Source: Alphaproteobacteria bacterium
GTDB taxonomy: Bacteria > Pseudomonadota > Alphaproteobacteria > SP197
Direction: 5' to 3'
Assembly (NCBI GenBank): GCA_965228895.1
Contig: OZ245842.1
Location: forward strand, 4,832,001-4,896,000
Length of the DNA: 64,000 nucleotides
This document shows positions 44,386 through 55,350 of the stretch, in pieces. Below the pieces are notes generated by a model, which did not search any database, was not told the DNA's origin, and saw only the letters and a list, made by a program, of their open reading frames with translations. Numbering within the stretch: the stretch's first letter is position 1; each line of letters begins with the position of its first letter. Both the position numbers and the translations under genes were made by a program.

Positions 44386-44563
44386 CGATTGAGCCATGCC
44401 CCGTGAGAACGCGACGGTGAGTCGCCGACAATCGTCGAAGCCGCGATCATCGTCGCCAAGTGCAAAGCCAAGCAGGCGCGTCGTCAAACACGCGCCTGCT
44501 TGAATCATTGACCGGGCCTCATCCCGGTCTTTTCGATAGGGGCATCCTACTAAGAACTGAGCC

Positions 44564-47326
44564 CTACCGCGCGGCGCCGGCGATCTCGCGTTTGTCGCGG
44601 TCGCTGATGACGGCGAGCAACACGGCTTTGATCTCGTCGAGCTTCTTGTCGTGGGTTGTCTTCAGGCCAAAGGCGTCGCGAACGTAGAAGGCATCGACGG
44701 CGCGCTCGCCATAGGTCGCGATGCGCGCCGTGACGATGCCCAGGCCAAGCGCGGTGAGCGCCTGGGTGAGATCATAAAGCAGACCCAGACGATCCGGTGC
44801 GTTGACCTCGATCACCGTGTGTTTGGAGCTCGCCTTGTTGTCGATCAGGACGCGCGGCTCGACCGGTAGCGACCGGGAGCGGCGCTGCCAGGCATCGCGG
44901 CGCCGGGCGATCTCGGCGTCCAGATCCAGGTTGCCGGTCAGCGCCTGGGTCGTGACCTCGACCAGACGTGCCAAGCGCGCCTCGTCATCCAGCGCTTGGT
45001 GCGCCTCGTTCTGGACCCAGAACGTGTCGAGCGCCATGCCGTCGAGCGTCGTGAAGATGCGGGCATCGACAATGTTGGCGCCGGCTAAGGCGAGTGCGCC
45101 GGTAATGCGGGCGAACAGCCCGCGTTCGTCAGGCGCGAAGACGGTGACCTCGGTGATCGCGCGGAACCTGTCGACGCGGGTTTCGACCGCCACGGTCGGC
45201 GCGTCGTCATAATCGGCGGCTTCTTCGGTGCGGCGGATAAGTCGCGCGTGTCGCTCATGGGTGTCGCTGTCGAAGGCCAGCCAATAGGGCGTCACCAGCC
45301 GGTCGGCATAGACATCGAGCGCGCGGTCGTCCCAACCGGCGAGCCTGGACCTTAAGTCGGCGACCATGGCGGCGACGCGTTCGTGTTTGCCGAGCGCTTC
45401 GCCATGGCCGCCCGACAGCATTTCCTCAGCCCGGTAATAGAGTTCGCGCAGCAACTGGCCTTTCCAACCGTTCCAAACCTGGGGGCCGACGGCGCGGATA
45501 TCGGCGACAGTCAGCACCAGCAGCAGGCGCAGGCGTTCCATCGATTGCACGACCGCGACAAAGTCCTCGACGGTCTTGGGATCGCCGACATCACGCCGGA
45601 AGGCGGTGTTCGAGGCCAGGAGATGCCAGCGTACCAACCACGCAACGGTCTCGGTTTCGTCCGCCGTGAAACCCAGGCGCGGTCCCAGGTGTTCGGCAAT
45701 CTCGGCACCCAATACCGAATGATCGCCGCCGCGACCCTTAGCGATGTCGTGCAGCAGGACCGCCAGATAGAGAACATGCCGCTGCAGGAGCTGCGGGAAG
45801 ATCTTGGTCGCCAGCGGCAATTCGTCGCCGACCTCGCCGCGCTCGATCGCCGCCAAGACGCCGATGGCGCGGATCGAGTGCTCGTCGACCGTATAGACGT
45901 GGTACATGTCGTGCTGCATCTGCGCGACGACCCGGCCGAAATCGGGCAGGAAGCGGCCCATCACACCGGCCTCGTTCATGACCCGAAGGGTGCCTTCGGG
46001 GTCGTTGGTCGAGGTCAGGATGTCGACGAACTGCCGGTTCGCCTCGTCGTCATCGCGCATGTCTTGATCGATCAGCTTCAAGTGCTGCGTCATCAACCAC
46101 AGCGTACGCGGATGGATGGCGAGCCGCTTGGCCTGTGCGACATGGAACAAGCGTATCAGGTCACGCGGATGGTCGCGGAAATGGCTACGGTCGGTCACGG
46201 TCAACCTTCCGCCTTCGACCGCAAACCCATCAACCTCCTCGCGCGCGGCCGAGATCCACGGGCGTTCGCGCGGCGCAAGCTGGGCGTCCTCGATGGCGGC
46301 GGCGAAGATACGGGTCAAGTCGCCGACATCCTTGGCGTTCAGGAAGTAGTACTTCATGAACCGCTCGACTCCGCGCACGCCGGGCCGATCCGCGTAACCC
46401 ATCAGACGCGCGACCTCGGTTTGCGTGTCGAAGGTCAGCCGGTCCTCGTGCCTATCGTTCAGCCGATGCAGATGGCAGCGCACGCGCCACAGGAAATCCT
46501 GGGCCTTGGCGAACCGGTTGAATTCGGCGCGGGTCAGTACCTTGGCCTCGACCAGATCGTCGACCTCGCGCACCCGATAGAGATACTTCGCGATCCAGTA
46601 GAGCGTGTGCAGGTCGCGCAGGCCGCCCTTGCCATCCTTGACGTTGGGCTCCAGCACGTAGCGGGAATCGCCCATGCGCTCGTGACGTTTGTCGCGTTCC
46701 TCGAGCTTGGCGCGCACGAAGTCGGGTCCGGTTTCGGCCACGATGTCGCGCTCGAACCGGTTCATCAGCGAGCGGAAAAGCGCGCGGTCACCCCACAGGT
46801 AGCGCGCTTCCAGGATCGATGTGCGGATTGTCATGTCCGCCTCGGCACGTCGGATCGTGTCGTCGACGCTGCGTACCGCGTGACCGACCTCAAGGCCCAG
46901 ATCCCAAAGCAGATAGAGCATGTGCTCAACGACCTGCTCCAGCCACGGTGTCGATTTCCACGGCACCAGGAACAACAGATCGATATCGGAATAGGGCGCG
47001 AGGTCGCTTCGCCCATAACCGCCGACGGCGACAATGCCGAGCCGTTCGCCCTTCAAGCGGTTGGCGTGAGGAAAGACACGTTCGGTCGTGTGGTCGTGGG
47101 CGACGCGAATGATCTGATCGATCAGGTAGCTCATGCCCGCGACCAGTTCGGGTCCCGCGGCGCCGTCGTCCAGACGCCGGAAGATCTCCGCGCGCCCGGC
47201 TTCCAGTGCTTCGCGTAGCACGTCGAGACAGGCGCCCCGGTCGTCCGCGTCAACGGCCTCAAGCGCCTCCAACAGCTTCTTGCGCGAGACGATGCGCGCC
47301 TTGCGTGGCAAGACGGCGGGACTCAT
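44564..47326 (-). CDS. glnD: [Protein-PII] uridylyltransferase
   Basis: [41 protein letters not shown] and HD motifs; two ACT domains. Confidence 0.97.
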   Translation of the reverse strand: MSPAVLPRKARIVSRKKLLEALEAVDADDRGACLDVLREALEAGRAEIFRRLDDGAAGPELVAGMSYLIDQIIRVAHDHTTERVFPHANRLKGERLGIVAVGGYGRSDLAPYSDIDLLFLVPWKSTPWLEQVVEHMLYLLWDLGLEVGHAVRSVDDTIRRAEADMTIRTSILEARYLWGDRALFRSLMNRFERDIVAETGPDFVRAKLEERDKRHERMGDSRYVLEPNVKDGKGGLRDLHTLYWIAKYLYRVREVDDLVEAKVLTRAEFNRFAKAQDFLWRVRCHLHRLNDRHEDRLTFDTQTEVARLMGYADRPGVRGVERFMKYYFLNAKDVGDLTRIFAAAIEDAQLAPRERPWISAAREEVDGFAVEGGRLTVTDRSHFRDHPRDLIRLFHVAQAKRLAIHPRTLWLMTQHLKLIDQDMRDDDEANRQFVDILTSTNDPEGTLRVMNEAGVMGRFLPDFGRVVAQMQHDMYHVYTVDEHSIRAIGVLAAIERGEVGDELPLATKIFPQLLQRHVLYLAVLLHDIAKGRGGDHSVLGAEIAEHLGPRLGFTADETETVAWLVRWHLLASNTAFRRDVGDPKTVEDFVAVVQSMERLRLLLVLTVADIRAVGPQVWNGWKGQLLRELYYRAEEMLSGGHGEALGKHERVAAMVADLRSRLAGWDDRALDVYADRLVTPYWLAFDSDTHERHARLIRRTEEAADYDDAPTVAVETRVDRFRAITEVTVFAPDERGLFARITGALALAGANIVDARIFTTLDGMALDTFWVQNEAHQALDDEARLARLVEVTTQALTGNLDLDAEIARRRDAWQRRSRSLPVEPRVLIDNKASSKHTVIEVNAPDRLGLLYDLTQALTALGLGIVTARIATYGERAVDAFYVRDAFGLKTTHDKKLDEIKAVLLAVISDRDKREIAGAAR

Positions 47327-50034
47327 GGATCGCCCTCCGCCAGATCCTTCAGGCGATAGAGCAGATCGAGCGCGGCGCGGGGTGTCAGACTGTCCGGCTC
47401 GATCTCCTCAACGGCTTTCTCAAGCGGCGTCGGGCCCGCCAGTGCAGGACTACGGGCCGGTTCGGCGGCGGCCTGGAACAGCGGCAAGTCGTCGGCCAGC
47501 TTGACGAGCGCGCTGCCCTTCTCACCCGCCTCGATCACCTTCAGGACATCCTCGGCGCGATGGATCACCGCCTCCGGCAGGCCGGCAAGGCGGGCGACAT
47601 GAATGCCGTAGCTGCGGTCGGCCGCGCCAGGCGCGACCTCATAAAGAAACACGATCTCGTCCTGCCACTCCTTGACCCGCATGGTGTGCGGCTTGAGCGC
47701 CTCGAGCTTGGCGGTGAGTGCGGTGAGCTCGTGGTAGTGGGTCGCGAACAGGGCCCGGCAACGGTTGACCTCGTGAAGATGCTCGATGGTTGCCCAGGCG
47801 ATCGACAGACCATCGAAGGTCGCCGTGCCGCGGCCGATCTCATCCAGGATCACCAATGCGCGCTCGCCGGCCTGATTCAGAATGGCCGCGGTCTCGACCA
47901 TCTCGACCATGAAGGTGGAGCGGCCACGCGCCAGATCGTCGGCGGCGCCGACACGGCTGAACAACCGATCGACCACGCCGATATGGGCGGCGCGCGCCGG
48001 CACGAAGCTGCCGATCTGGGCCATCACCGCGATCAGCGCGTTCTGACGCAAAAAGGTCGATTTGCCGGCCATATTGGGGCCGGTCAGGAGCCACAACCGG
48101 CTGGTGCCGGCCAGTTCGCAATCGTTGGCGATGAACGCTTGCCCGTCGGCCCTGTCGGCCATGGCCTCGACCACGGGATGGCGGCCGGCCTCGACCTCGA
48201 ACGCCAAACCGGTATCGACCAGCGGCCGCACATAGTTCCGTTCGGCGGCCAGCGTGGCGAGACCGGCAGCGACATCGAGACGGGCGAGCGCGCGCGCGTT
48301 GACGGCAATGCGGTCGCCGGCCTGGCCGACATCGGCAACAAGCTCATCAAAGACGGCCATCTCCAGGGCCAGCGCCCTATCGGCGGCCTGGGCGATCTGG
48401 GCTTCCAACTCACCCAGTTCGACCGTCGTGAACCGCATGGCGTTGGCCATGGACTGGCGCTGGATGAACGTCGCGCGATCGAGTTTCGATTCATGCGTCT
48501 GGGCCACCTCGACGTAGTAACCCAGCATGTTGTTGTGTCGGATTTTGAGGTTGTTGACGCCTGTCTCGTCCTGATAGCGGCCCTGCAGGCGCGCAATCAG
48601 TTGGCGGCTGTCGTCGCGCAGCGCCTTTTGCTGATCGAGGTCGGACGAGAAGCCGGCGCACACGAAACCGCCATCGCGTGCCATCAGCGGCGGTGATTCG
48701 TCGAGCGCGTCGGTCAATCGCTCGACGAGGTCCGGTTCGCCGGCAAGGTCGCGACAAACCTCATTGAGCTCACCGGGCAAGGCCGGTGCTTTGGCCAGCA
48801 TGGCGCCCAGCGTCGCGGCCTGCGTCAGACCGTCACGGATCGCCGCGAGGTCGCGCGGCCCGCCGCGCCCGACCGTAAGCCGGGCAAGCGCGCGCTCCAG
48901 ATCCGGTGTCGCACCGAGGTGGTCACGAACGCGTTCGCGCAGCGCGCCGTCATCGACAAAAAAGGCGACGGCATCGTGGCGTGCGGCGATGATCTGGGGA
49001 TCGGTCAGCGGCGCGCTGAGCCGGGCGGTCAAGAGTCTGGCGCCGGCGCCGGTCACCGTGCGGTCAAGCACACCCAAAAGGCTGGTCGACCGGCTGCCGT
49101 CGAGCGCCTGGATCAGCTCCAGATTGCGCCGGGTCGCCGCATCGATCGCCATCACCTGATCGCCGGTCACCAGACGCGGCGGCGCCAGACGCGGCAGATG
49201 ACCTTTCTGTGTCAGCTCGATATAGCCGACCAGCGCGCCCGCCGCGGCCAGTTCGGCGCGGCCGAAACTGCCGAAGCCGTCCAGCGTATCGACGCCGAAG
49301 GTCTCCTTCAGCCGCCGTTCGCCGGCCCGGCTGTCGAAGCGCGCCGCCGGTTCCAGCGACAGTCGATCGTGCCAGGGATCCAGGATGTCGCGCAGCAAGG
49401 CCGATTCAAGCATGCTGTCGGGCAGGACAAGCTCGGCGGGATGAACCCGCTCCAGGGTCGCGGCAAGATCGCTCTCGTTAACCGGCTGAACAGCGAGCGC
49501 GCCTGTCGAGACGTCGACCCAGGCGAGCGCCAGTCGACCTTCGGCGCGCGCGAGCAGCGCCAGGTGGTTGGCGCGCCGGGCGTCCAGCAGGGTTTCTTCG
49601 GTGATCGTGCCGGGGGTCACGATGCGCACGACCTCGCGCCGCACGACCGACTTGGCACCGCGTTTCTTGGCCTCGGCCGGATCCTCGGTCTGCTCGCAGA
49701 TCGCGACCTTGAAGCCCTTGCGGATCAGCCGCTCCAGATAGGTGTCATAGGCATGGACGGGCACGCCGCACATGGCGACGTCCTGGCCCTGATGTTTGCC
49801 CCGTTTGGTGAGCGCGATATCCAGCGCCGCGGCGGCCTGGACCGCGTCATCGAAGAACAGCTCGTAGAAATCGCCCATGCGGAAGAACAGCAGGGTCCCC
49901 GGATTCTCCTGCTTGATCGACCAGTACTGCGCCATCATCGGCGTCGCGGCCTTGACCGGCGCCACGCTGTCGGCACGCTGGGAGACGCCACCGCCATGCG
50001 GCGCGTCCGGCATGATCTCGTTGGATTCGGCCAC
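47323..50034 (-). CDS. mutS: DNA mismatch repair protein MutS
   Basis: [28 protein letters not shown] and DEIGRGT motifs; start approximate (GTG 50034 or ATG 50013). Confidence 0.97.
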   Translation of the reverse strand: MAESNEIMPDAPHGGGVSQRADSVAPVKAATPMMAQYWSIKQENPGTLLFFRMGDFYELFFDDAVQAAAALDIALTKRGKHQGQDVAMCGVPVHAYDTYLERLIRKGFKVAICEQTEDPAEAKKRGAKSVVRREVVRIVTPGTITEETLLDARRANHLALLARAEGRLALAWVDVSTGALAVQPVNESDLAATLERVHPAELVLPDSMLESALLRDILDPWHDRLSLEPAARFDSRAGERRLKETFGVDTLDGFGSFGRAELAAAGALVGYIELTQKGHLPRLAPPRLVTGDQVMAIDAATRRNLELIQALDGSRSTSLLGVLDRTVTGAGARLLTARLSAPLTDPQIIAARHDAVAFFVDDGALRERVRDHLGATPDLERALARLTVGRGGPRDLAAIRDGLTQAATLGAMLAKAPALPGELNEVCRDLAGEPDLVERLTDALDESPPLMARDGGFVCAGFSSDLDQQKALRDDSRQLIARLQGRYQDETGVNNLKIRHNNMLGYYVEVAQTHESKLDRATFIQRQSMANAMRFTTVELGELEAQIAQAADRALALEMAVFDELVADVGQAGDRIAVNARALARLDVAAGLATLAAERNYVRPLVDTGLAFEVEAGRHPVVEAMADRADGQAFIANDCELAGTSRLWLLTGPNMAGKSTFLRQNALIAVMAQIGSFVPARAAHIGVVDRLFSRVGAADDLARGRSTFMVEMVETAAILNQAGERALVILDEIGRGTATFDGLSIAWATIEHLHEVNRCRALFATHYHELTALTAKLEALKPHTMRVKEWQDEIVFLYEVAPGAADRSYGIHVARLAGLPEAVIHRAEDVLKVIEAGEKGSALVKLADDLPLFQAAAEPARSPALAGPTPLEKAVEEIEPDSLTPRAALDLLYRLKDLAEGDP

Positions 50035-50071
50035 TTTCCGGCGCCTGGTTCGTGATCGGAGTGGCGCGACA

Positions 50072-50212
50072 TTAGATCGGATCGCCAACTGATGGAACCG
50101 CTCCACGGTTCCATCAGTTGGCGTGAATCCGATCTACTTCAAATGAAATAGAGCAGATTCACCCATCTTGATCCCATCGCGGAGCGATTCGATCAAATGG
50201 GATCTGCTCTTG
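50072..50212 (+). repeat. Family A double-hairpin repeat, copy 4 (mutS/maeB divergent intergenic region)
   Basis: TTAGATCGGATC-GCCAACTGATGGAACCG/CGGTTCCATCAGTTGGC...TAGAGCAGAT...ATCTGCTCT. Confidence 0.88.
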
Positions 50213-50308
50213 CATATGGCATCATGCCCCGCAGCCTGATGCATGTAGTGCTTGGAGGGAGCGAGGTCGACGCTTTACCCTGGGATTCCCCCTTTAGAGA
50301 CGGTGTAC

Positions 50309-52567
50309 ATGTCCGAAGACATAAGAGTTAGCGACGCCGAGGCGTTGCGGTTTCATGCCGAGGGTCAGCCCGGCAAGCTGGCGGTGCGCGCGACCAAACC
50401 GCTGAACAGCGCGCGCGACCTGTCGCTCGCCTATTCGCCGGGCGTCGCGGCACCCTGCCTGGAGATCGCCCGCGACAAAAACCTGGCCTTTGACTACACC
50501 TCGCGCGGCAACATGGTGGCGGTCGTCTCCAACGGCACCGCCGTTCTGGGCCTGGGCAACCTGGGCGCGCTCGGCGCCAAGCCGGTGATGGAAGGCAAGG
50601 CGGTTCTCTTTAAGCGTTTCGCCGATGTCGACGCCATCGACCTGGAGGTCGACAGCGAAGACGTCGACGATGTCGTCAACACGGTGCGCCTGGTCGCGCC
50701 GACCTTCGGCGGCGTCAACCTGGAAGACATCAAGGCGCCGGAATGTTTCATCATCGAGCAGCGCCTGCGCGAACTGGTCGATATCCCGATCTTCCATGAC
50801 GATCAGCACGGCACGGCGATCATCTGCCTGGCCGGCGTCATCAACGCGCTGGAGATCGCCGGCAAGAAGATCGCCGACTGCACGGTGGTGGTGAACGGCG
50901 CCGGCGCCGCGGGCATCGCCTGCCTGGAGCTGATCAAGGCCATGGGCCTGCCCCATGACCAGGCGATCTTGTGCGACTCCAAAGGTGTCGTTTATCAGGG
51001 CCGCGAAGAAGGCATGAACCAGTGGAAGTCGGCGCACGCCGTGCCGACCGAAGCACGCACGCTGGATGACGCCATGGAAGGCGCCGACATCTTTCTGGGC
51101 GTCTCCGTCAAGGGTGCGGTCAGCCAGGCCATGGTCGAATCCATGGCCGATCAGCCGATCATCTTTGCCATGGCGAACCCGGATCCCGAGATCACGCCCG
51201 AGGACGTCATGGCGGCGCGCGAAGACGCGATCATCGCGACCGGACGGTCGGACTATCCCAACCAGGTCAACAACGTGCTTGGTTTTCCCTACATCTTCCG
51301 CGGCGCGCTCGACGTGCGGGCGACGACCATCAACGACCCGATGAAAATCGCCGCGGCCGAGGCGATCGCCGCCTTGGCGCGTGAAGACGTGCCCGACGAA
51401 GTCGCCGCCGCCTATACCGGCACGCGCCTGCAGTTCGGCCGCGACTACATCATCCCGACGCCGTTCGATCCGCGCCTGATCAGCCGCGTGCCGGCGGCCG
51501 TCGCGCGCGCGGCCATGGACAGCGGCGTGGCGCGCCGGCCGATCATCGACATGGAGGACTACGAGCTTCAGCTCGCAGGCCGCCTGGACCAGGTCGCCGG
51601 GCGGATGAACGAGGTCTTCACCCAGGCCCGCGCCCGCCAGGCCCGCGTCGTCTTCGCCGAAGGCGAGGAGGAAAAGACGATCCGAGCGGCCGCGCTGTGG
51701 CGCGATCAGGGACTGGGAACACCGATCCTGGTCGGCCGGCCCGAGGAAGTGACGGAGCATATGCAAACCCTGGGCGTTCACGCCGAGGGTATCGAGATCA
51801 TCAACGCCCGGACGGCGCCCAACCGGCAGGCCTATATCGACTACGTCTATACGCGCATGCAGCGGCGCGGTGCGTTGCTGCGCGACAGCACGCGCTGGGT
51901 CAATCTGGACCGCAATGTCTTTGCCGCGGCCATGCTGGCGACCGGCGACGCGGACGCGGTGGTCACCGGCGTGACCCGCAATTACGCCGCCGCGCTCTCC
52001 CATATCCGGCGTGTCCTGGATGCCAAAGCCGGCCATCAGGTGTTCGGCATGGCTATTCTGGTGACCCAGGGCCGCAACTTGTTTGTCGCCGATACGTCGA
52101 TCAACGAAAAGCCGAGCGCGGAAGAGCTTGCGGATATCGCGGTCCAGGCCGCCGCCAAGGCACGCGCCATGGGCACGGAGCCGCGCGTCGCGCTGGTCTC
52201 GTTCTCCAACTTCGGCAGCCGCGGCGAAGAGCAGGTGCAGCACATTCGCGACGCCGTGAAGCTGCTGGAGGCGCGTGGCGTCGACTTCGAGTTCGACGGC
52301 GAGATGGCGCCCGATACGGCGCTCGATCCCTACCTGCTTGAGTACTATCCGTTCAGCCGCTTGTCCGGTCCGGCCAACGTGCTGGTCATGCCCAGCCTGC
52401 ATGCCGCCAACATCGCCTACAAGCTGGTCGAGGCCATGGAAGCAGCCGATGTCATCGGCCCGATTCTGGTCGGCCTCGAGAAGCCGGTCCAGATCGTCCG
52501 GCTGGGCGCCACCGTGAACGATATCCTGAACATGGCGGCGCTGGCCGCCATCGACGTCGAGTTCTAG
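50309..52567 (+). CDS. maeB: NADP-dependent malic enzyme with PTA-like domain
   Basis: LAYSPGVA, KPVMEGKAVLFK, FHDDQHGTA, GAGAAG and TGRSDYPNQVNN motifs; RVVFAEGE PTA domain. Confidence 0.95.
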   Translation: MSEDIRVSDAEALRFHAEGQPGKLAVRATKPLNSARDLSLAYSPGVAAPCLEIARDKNLAFDYTSRGNMVAVVSNGTAVLGLGNLGALGAKPVMEGKAVLFKRFADVDAIDLEVDSEDVDDVVNTVRLVAPTFGGVNLEDIKAPECFIIEQRLRELVDIPIFHDDQHGTAIICLAGVINALEIAGKKIADCTVVVNGAGAAGIACLELIKAMGLPHDQAILCDSKGVVYQGREEGMNQWKSAHAVPTEARTLDDAMEGADIFLGVSVKGAVSQAMVESMADQPIIFAMANPDPEITPEDVMAAREDAIIATGRSDYPNQVNNVLGFPYIFRGALDVRATTINDPMKIAAAEAIAALAREDVPDEVAAAYTGTRLQFGRDYIIPTPFDPRLISRVPAAVARAAMDSGVARRPIIDMEDYELQLAGRLDQVAGRMNEVFTQARARQARVVFAEGEEEKTIRAAALWRDQGLGTPILVGRPEEVTEHMQTLGVHAEGIEIINARTAPNRQAYIDYVYTRMQRRGALLRDSTRWVNLDRNVFAAAMLATGDADAVVTGVTRNYAAALSHIRRVLDAKAGHQVFGMAILVTQGRNLFVADTSINEKPSAEELADIAVQAAAKARAMGTEPRVALVSFSNFGSRGEEQVQHIRDAVKLLEARGVDFEFDGEMAPDTALDPYLLEYYPFSRLSGPANVLVMPSLHAANIAYKLVEAMEAADVIGPILVGLEKPVQIVRLGATVNDILNMAALAAIDVEF

Positions 52568-52569
52568 CC

Positions 52570-54000
52570 GTGGCGGCAGGCGCAGAAGGATCCGCGCCGG
52601 TTTCAAAAACCGCACCACGGCTCGGTCAGGTCATTGTCGGCGCCGTGCCGCTGGCGGCCACGCCAGTTGTGGTGCTGGGCGCCATGGCCTTGTTCGGCTT
52701 GGCCGATCCCGTGGCGGCGCTGGTCGGCGCCGTCGCCTCGGCCGTGGTGGCGGTCCTTGTCGTGAGGCCCCTGCTGCGTAACCTCTCCTCGGCCCGGCGT
52801 TATGGTCAGATGCTGGAACGTGACACGGCTACTGATCCGCCACGTCTAGACGCAGGGTCCGGCGCCGACGACCTGCAGCAGTTTCTGCGCCAGGTTCACG
52901 ACCTCCTGGCGGCGCGCGACAGAAAGATTGACGATTTGGCCGCCGAAGCCGGCCGCATTCTTGATGCCCTGCCCGACCCGATCCTGATGGTCGCGCGCGA
53001 CGGCCATATCGTGCGCACCAACCGCACGGGGCGAGAGATGTTCGGTCACGATGTTGTCGGCCGCGACCTGGCCGCGGTGACGCGCGATCCGAGCTTTCTT
53101 GCTGCCGCCGATGCCGCGCGTGACGGCGGCGAAAGCGCTGATGTCGAGGTGACGATCATGGCCGGTCGCGTACCCCACAGCTTCGGCGCCAGCGTCGCGC
53201 CGCTGCCGGTGAGCGGTAACGGCGGTCCCGCAGTGATGGCGGTGTTCCACGATCTCACCGCGATGAAACGTACCGAACAGATGCGCGTCGACTTCGTCGC
53301 CAATGCCAGCCACGAGATCCGCTCGCCACTCGCTACCCTGGTCGGCTGCATCGAGACACTGCGCGGTCCGGCGCGCGATGACCAGGAAGCCTGGGACGGT
53401 TTCCTGGAGATGATGGATGACCAGGGCAAACGCATGACCCGTCTTGTCGGCGATCTGTTGTCGCTGTCGCGGATTGAGCTCAACGAACACACCCGCCCGA
53501 CCGGCGAGGTCGCTCTGACCGACGTCCTGGCACGCACACAGACGACCCTGGAGTGGGAGGCAACAGCCAAGGACATGGTGGTGCGTTCGAAGCTGGATTC
53601 GCCGCTGCCGACGGTTCGCGGCGATGCCGCGGAGATCGAACAGGTCGCCTATAACCTGCTGTCCAACGCCATCAAGTACGGCCGCGCCGGTACCGAGGTA
53701 TCGATCACCGCCGGTCATCGCCCGGCGCCGCCGGAGCGTGCGCGCATGGAGCGCACGCCGGTCGTCTGGTTCACCGTCAGGGATCGCGGCGACGGCATCG
53801 CCAGCGAACACCTGCCGCGCCTGACCGAACGTTTCTATCGCGTCGATACCGCACGCAGCCGCGAACTCGGTGGTACGGGACTGGGTCTTGCCATCGTCAA
53901 ACACATCCTGAACCGGCACCGCGGCGATCTGACCATCGACAGCACGGTCGGCGACGGCTCGACTTTCACGGTGTACCTTCCGGCGCTGCAAAACGCGTGA
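52570..54000 (+). CDS. phoR: Phosphate regulon sensor histidine kinase
   Basis: Two TMs, PAS-like region, DFVANASHEIRSPL, NLLSNAIKY and RLTERFYRVD...GGTGLGL; precedes pstSCAB. Confidence 0.92.
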   Translation: MAAGAEGSAPVSKTAPRLGQVIVGAVPLAATPVVVLGAMALFGLADPVAALVGAVASAVVAVLVVRPLLRNLSSARRYGQMLERDTATDPPRLDAGSGADDLQQFLRQVHDLLAARDRKIDDLAAEAGRILDALPDPILMVARDGHIVRTNRTGREMFGHDVVGRDLAAVTRDPSFLAAADAARDGGESADVEVTIMAGRVPHSFGASVAPLPVSGNGGPAVMAVFHDLTAMKRTEQMRVDFVANASHEIRSPLATLVGCIETLRGPARDDQEAWDGFLEMMDDQGKRMTRLVGDLLSLSRIELNEHTRPTGEVALTDVLARTQTTLEWEATAKDMVVRSKLDSPLPTVRGDAAEIEQVAYNLLSNAIKYGRAGTEVSITAGHRPAPPERARMERTPVVWFTVRDRGDGIASEHLPRLTERFYRVDTARSRELGGTGLGLAIVKHILNRHRGDLTIDSTVGDGSTFTVYLPALQNA

Positions 54001-54041
54001 ATCCGGCGTCTCGCGGCACCATCCACAGGATGTAGAAGGCG

Positions 54042-54081
54042 GCGTCACACAACTGTCATCGAACAGTTGTAACTTCGTCAT
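54042..54081 (+). promoter_or_regulatory. Pho boxes upstream of pstS
   Basis: Heptamers at 11-bp period: GCGTCAC, CTGTCAT, CAGTTGT, TCGTCAT (consensus CTGTCAT). Confidence 0.8.
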
Positions 54082-54165
54082 GCAGGCGACGTAGCGTCAG
54101 TCGGGCCGCGGCAGGGGAAGCTTGCGCCGGCGGCGTCCTACTAGACTCAGACAGGGGATTTTATC

Positions 54166-55197
54166 ATGAAAATCAGGACGTTAGCTGTTGCGACGGCTGC
54201 CCTGGTACTGACTGCCGGCGCCGCGCAGGCCCGGGATCAGATTCGAATCGTCGGCTCGTCCACGGTGTTCCCGTTTTCGACCGCGGTGGCCGAAAAGTTC
54301 GGTGAAAAGACCGACTTCCCGACACCGGTTGTCGAAAGCACCGGATCGGGTGGCGGTCTGAAGCTGTTCTGCGGCGGTGTTGGGGAAGATTTTCCCGATA
54401 TCACCAACGCCTCGCGCCGGATCAAAGAATCCGAAGTCTCGCTTTGCGCCGAGAACGGCGTCGCCGATATCGTTGAGGTCAAAATTGGCTTCGACGGCAT
54501 CGTCATCGCCAACAGCAAAAGCGCCGAGCAGATGGATATCGGCCTGCGCGAATTGTGGCTGGCCTTGGCGTCCGAAGTGCCGGACGGCAACGGCGGCTTT
54601 GTTGCCAATCCCTATTCCAACTGGAGCGACATCGACGCGGCGCTGCCGAACTACGCCATCCGCGTCCTCGGCCCGCCGCCGACCTCGGGCACCCGTGACG
54701 CCTTTGTCGAGCTGGCCATGGAAGGCGGTTGCAAGCAGTTCGACGACGTCACGGCGCTTAAGGAATCCGACGAAGATCGTTATGACGAGATCTGCCAGTC
54801 GATCCGCGAAGACGGTGCATTTGTCGAAGCCGGTGAGAACGACAACCTGATCGTCAACAAGCTCGAAGCCGACCCGGAAGCCTTCGGCATCTTCGGTTAC
54901 AGCTTCTTGACCCAGAACGATGACAAGGTGCAGGGCTCGCTGATCTCCGGCGAAGCGCCGACCTTCGAAAACATCGCCGACGGCGCCTATCCGGTGTCGC
55001 GCTCGCTCTACTTCTACGTCAAGACCGCGCATATCGGTGTTGTTCCCGGCATCGACGAGTACATCGTCGAGTTCACCGATGAAGGTACCTGGGGCCCGTT
55101 CGGTTATCTGGCGAACAAGGGTTTGATCCCGCTGCCCGATGACGAACGCGCGAAGGTTTCGGCCGACGCCAGGGCACATAACAACCTTTCAATGTAG
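54166..55197 (+). CDS. pstS: Phosphate ABC transporter substrate-binding protein
   Basis: Signal peptide; RDQIRIVGSSTVFPF, ESTGSGGG and GPPPTSGTRDAF motifs. Confidence 0.95.
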   Translation: MKIRTLAVATAALVLTAGAAQARDQIRIVGSSTVFPFSTAVAEKFGEKTDFPTPVVESTGSGGGLKLFCGGVGEDFPDITNASRRIKESEVSLCAENGVADIVEVKIGFDGIVIANSKSAEQMDIGLRELWLALASEVPDGNGGFVANPYSNWSDIDAALPNYAIRVLGPPPTSGTRDAFVELAMEGGCKQFDDVTALKESDEDRYDEICQSIREDGAFVEAGENDNLIVNKLEADPEAFGIFGYSFLTQNDDKVQGSLISGEAPTFENIADGAYPVSRSLYFYVKTAHIGVVPGIDEYIVEFTDEGTWGPFGYLANKGLIPLPDDERAKVSADARAHNNLSM

Positions 55198-55207
55198 TTG
55201 GTTCCGG

Positions 55208-55249
55208 CCGGTGCGCGAATTGCTGTGTCGCGCACCGGTCGCTTTTTTT
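55208..55249 (+). terminator. Intrinsic terminator after pstS
   Basis: CCGGTGCGCGA-N9-TCGCGCACCGG followed closely by T7. Confidence 0.8.
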
Positions 55250-55350
55250 GGGTGAAACTTGCCGCGGTTAAGCGGAACGACACACACGACTGAGGAGCTT
55301 GCTCACTCCTCTTTGGGCATCAGAACGAGAAGTCTGCAGGGGGCGTTAAC

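Noticed and set aside
50035-50106. N-terminal extension of MutS in the ORF track, suggesting an in-frame repeat insertion
   Set aside because: That upstream start lies inside repeat copy 4; MutS homology begins downstream and nearer starts exist.
50294-52618. Long antisense ORFs (also 4095-5540, 11066-12778, 22453-24060, 45383-47218)
   Set aside because: Shadow frames of well-supported genes, expected in high-GC DNA; no recognisable motifs.
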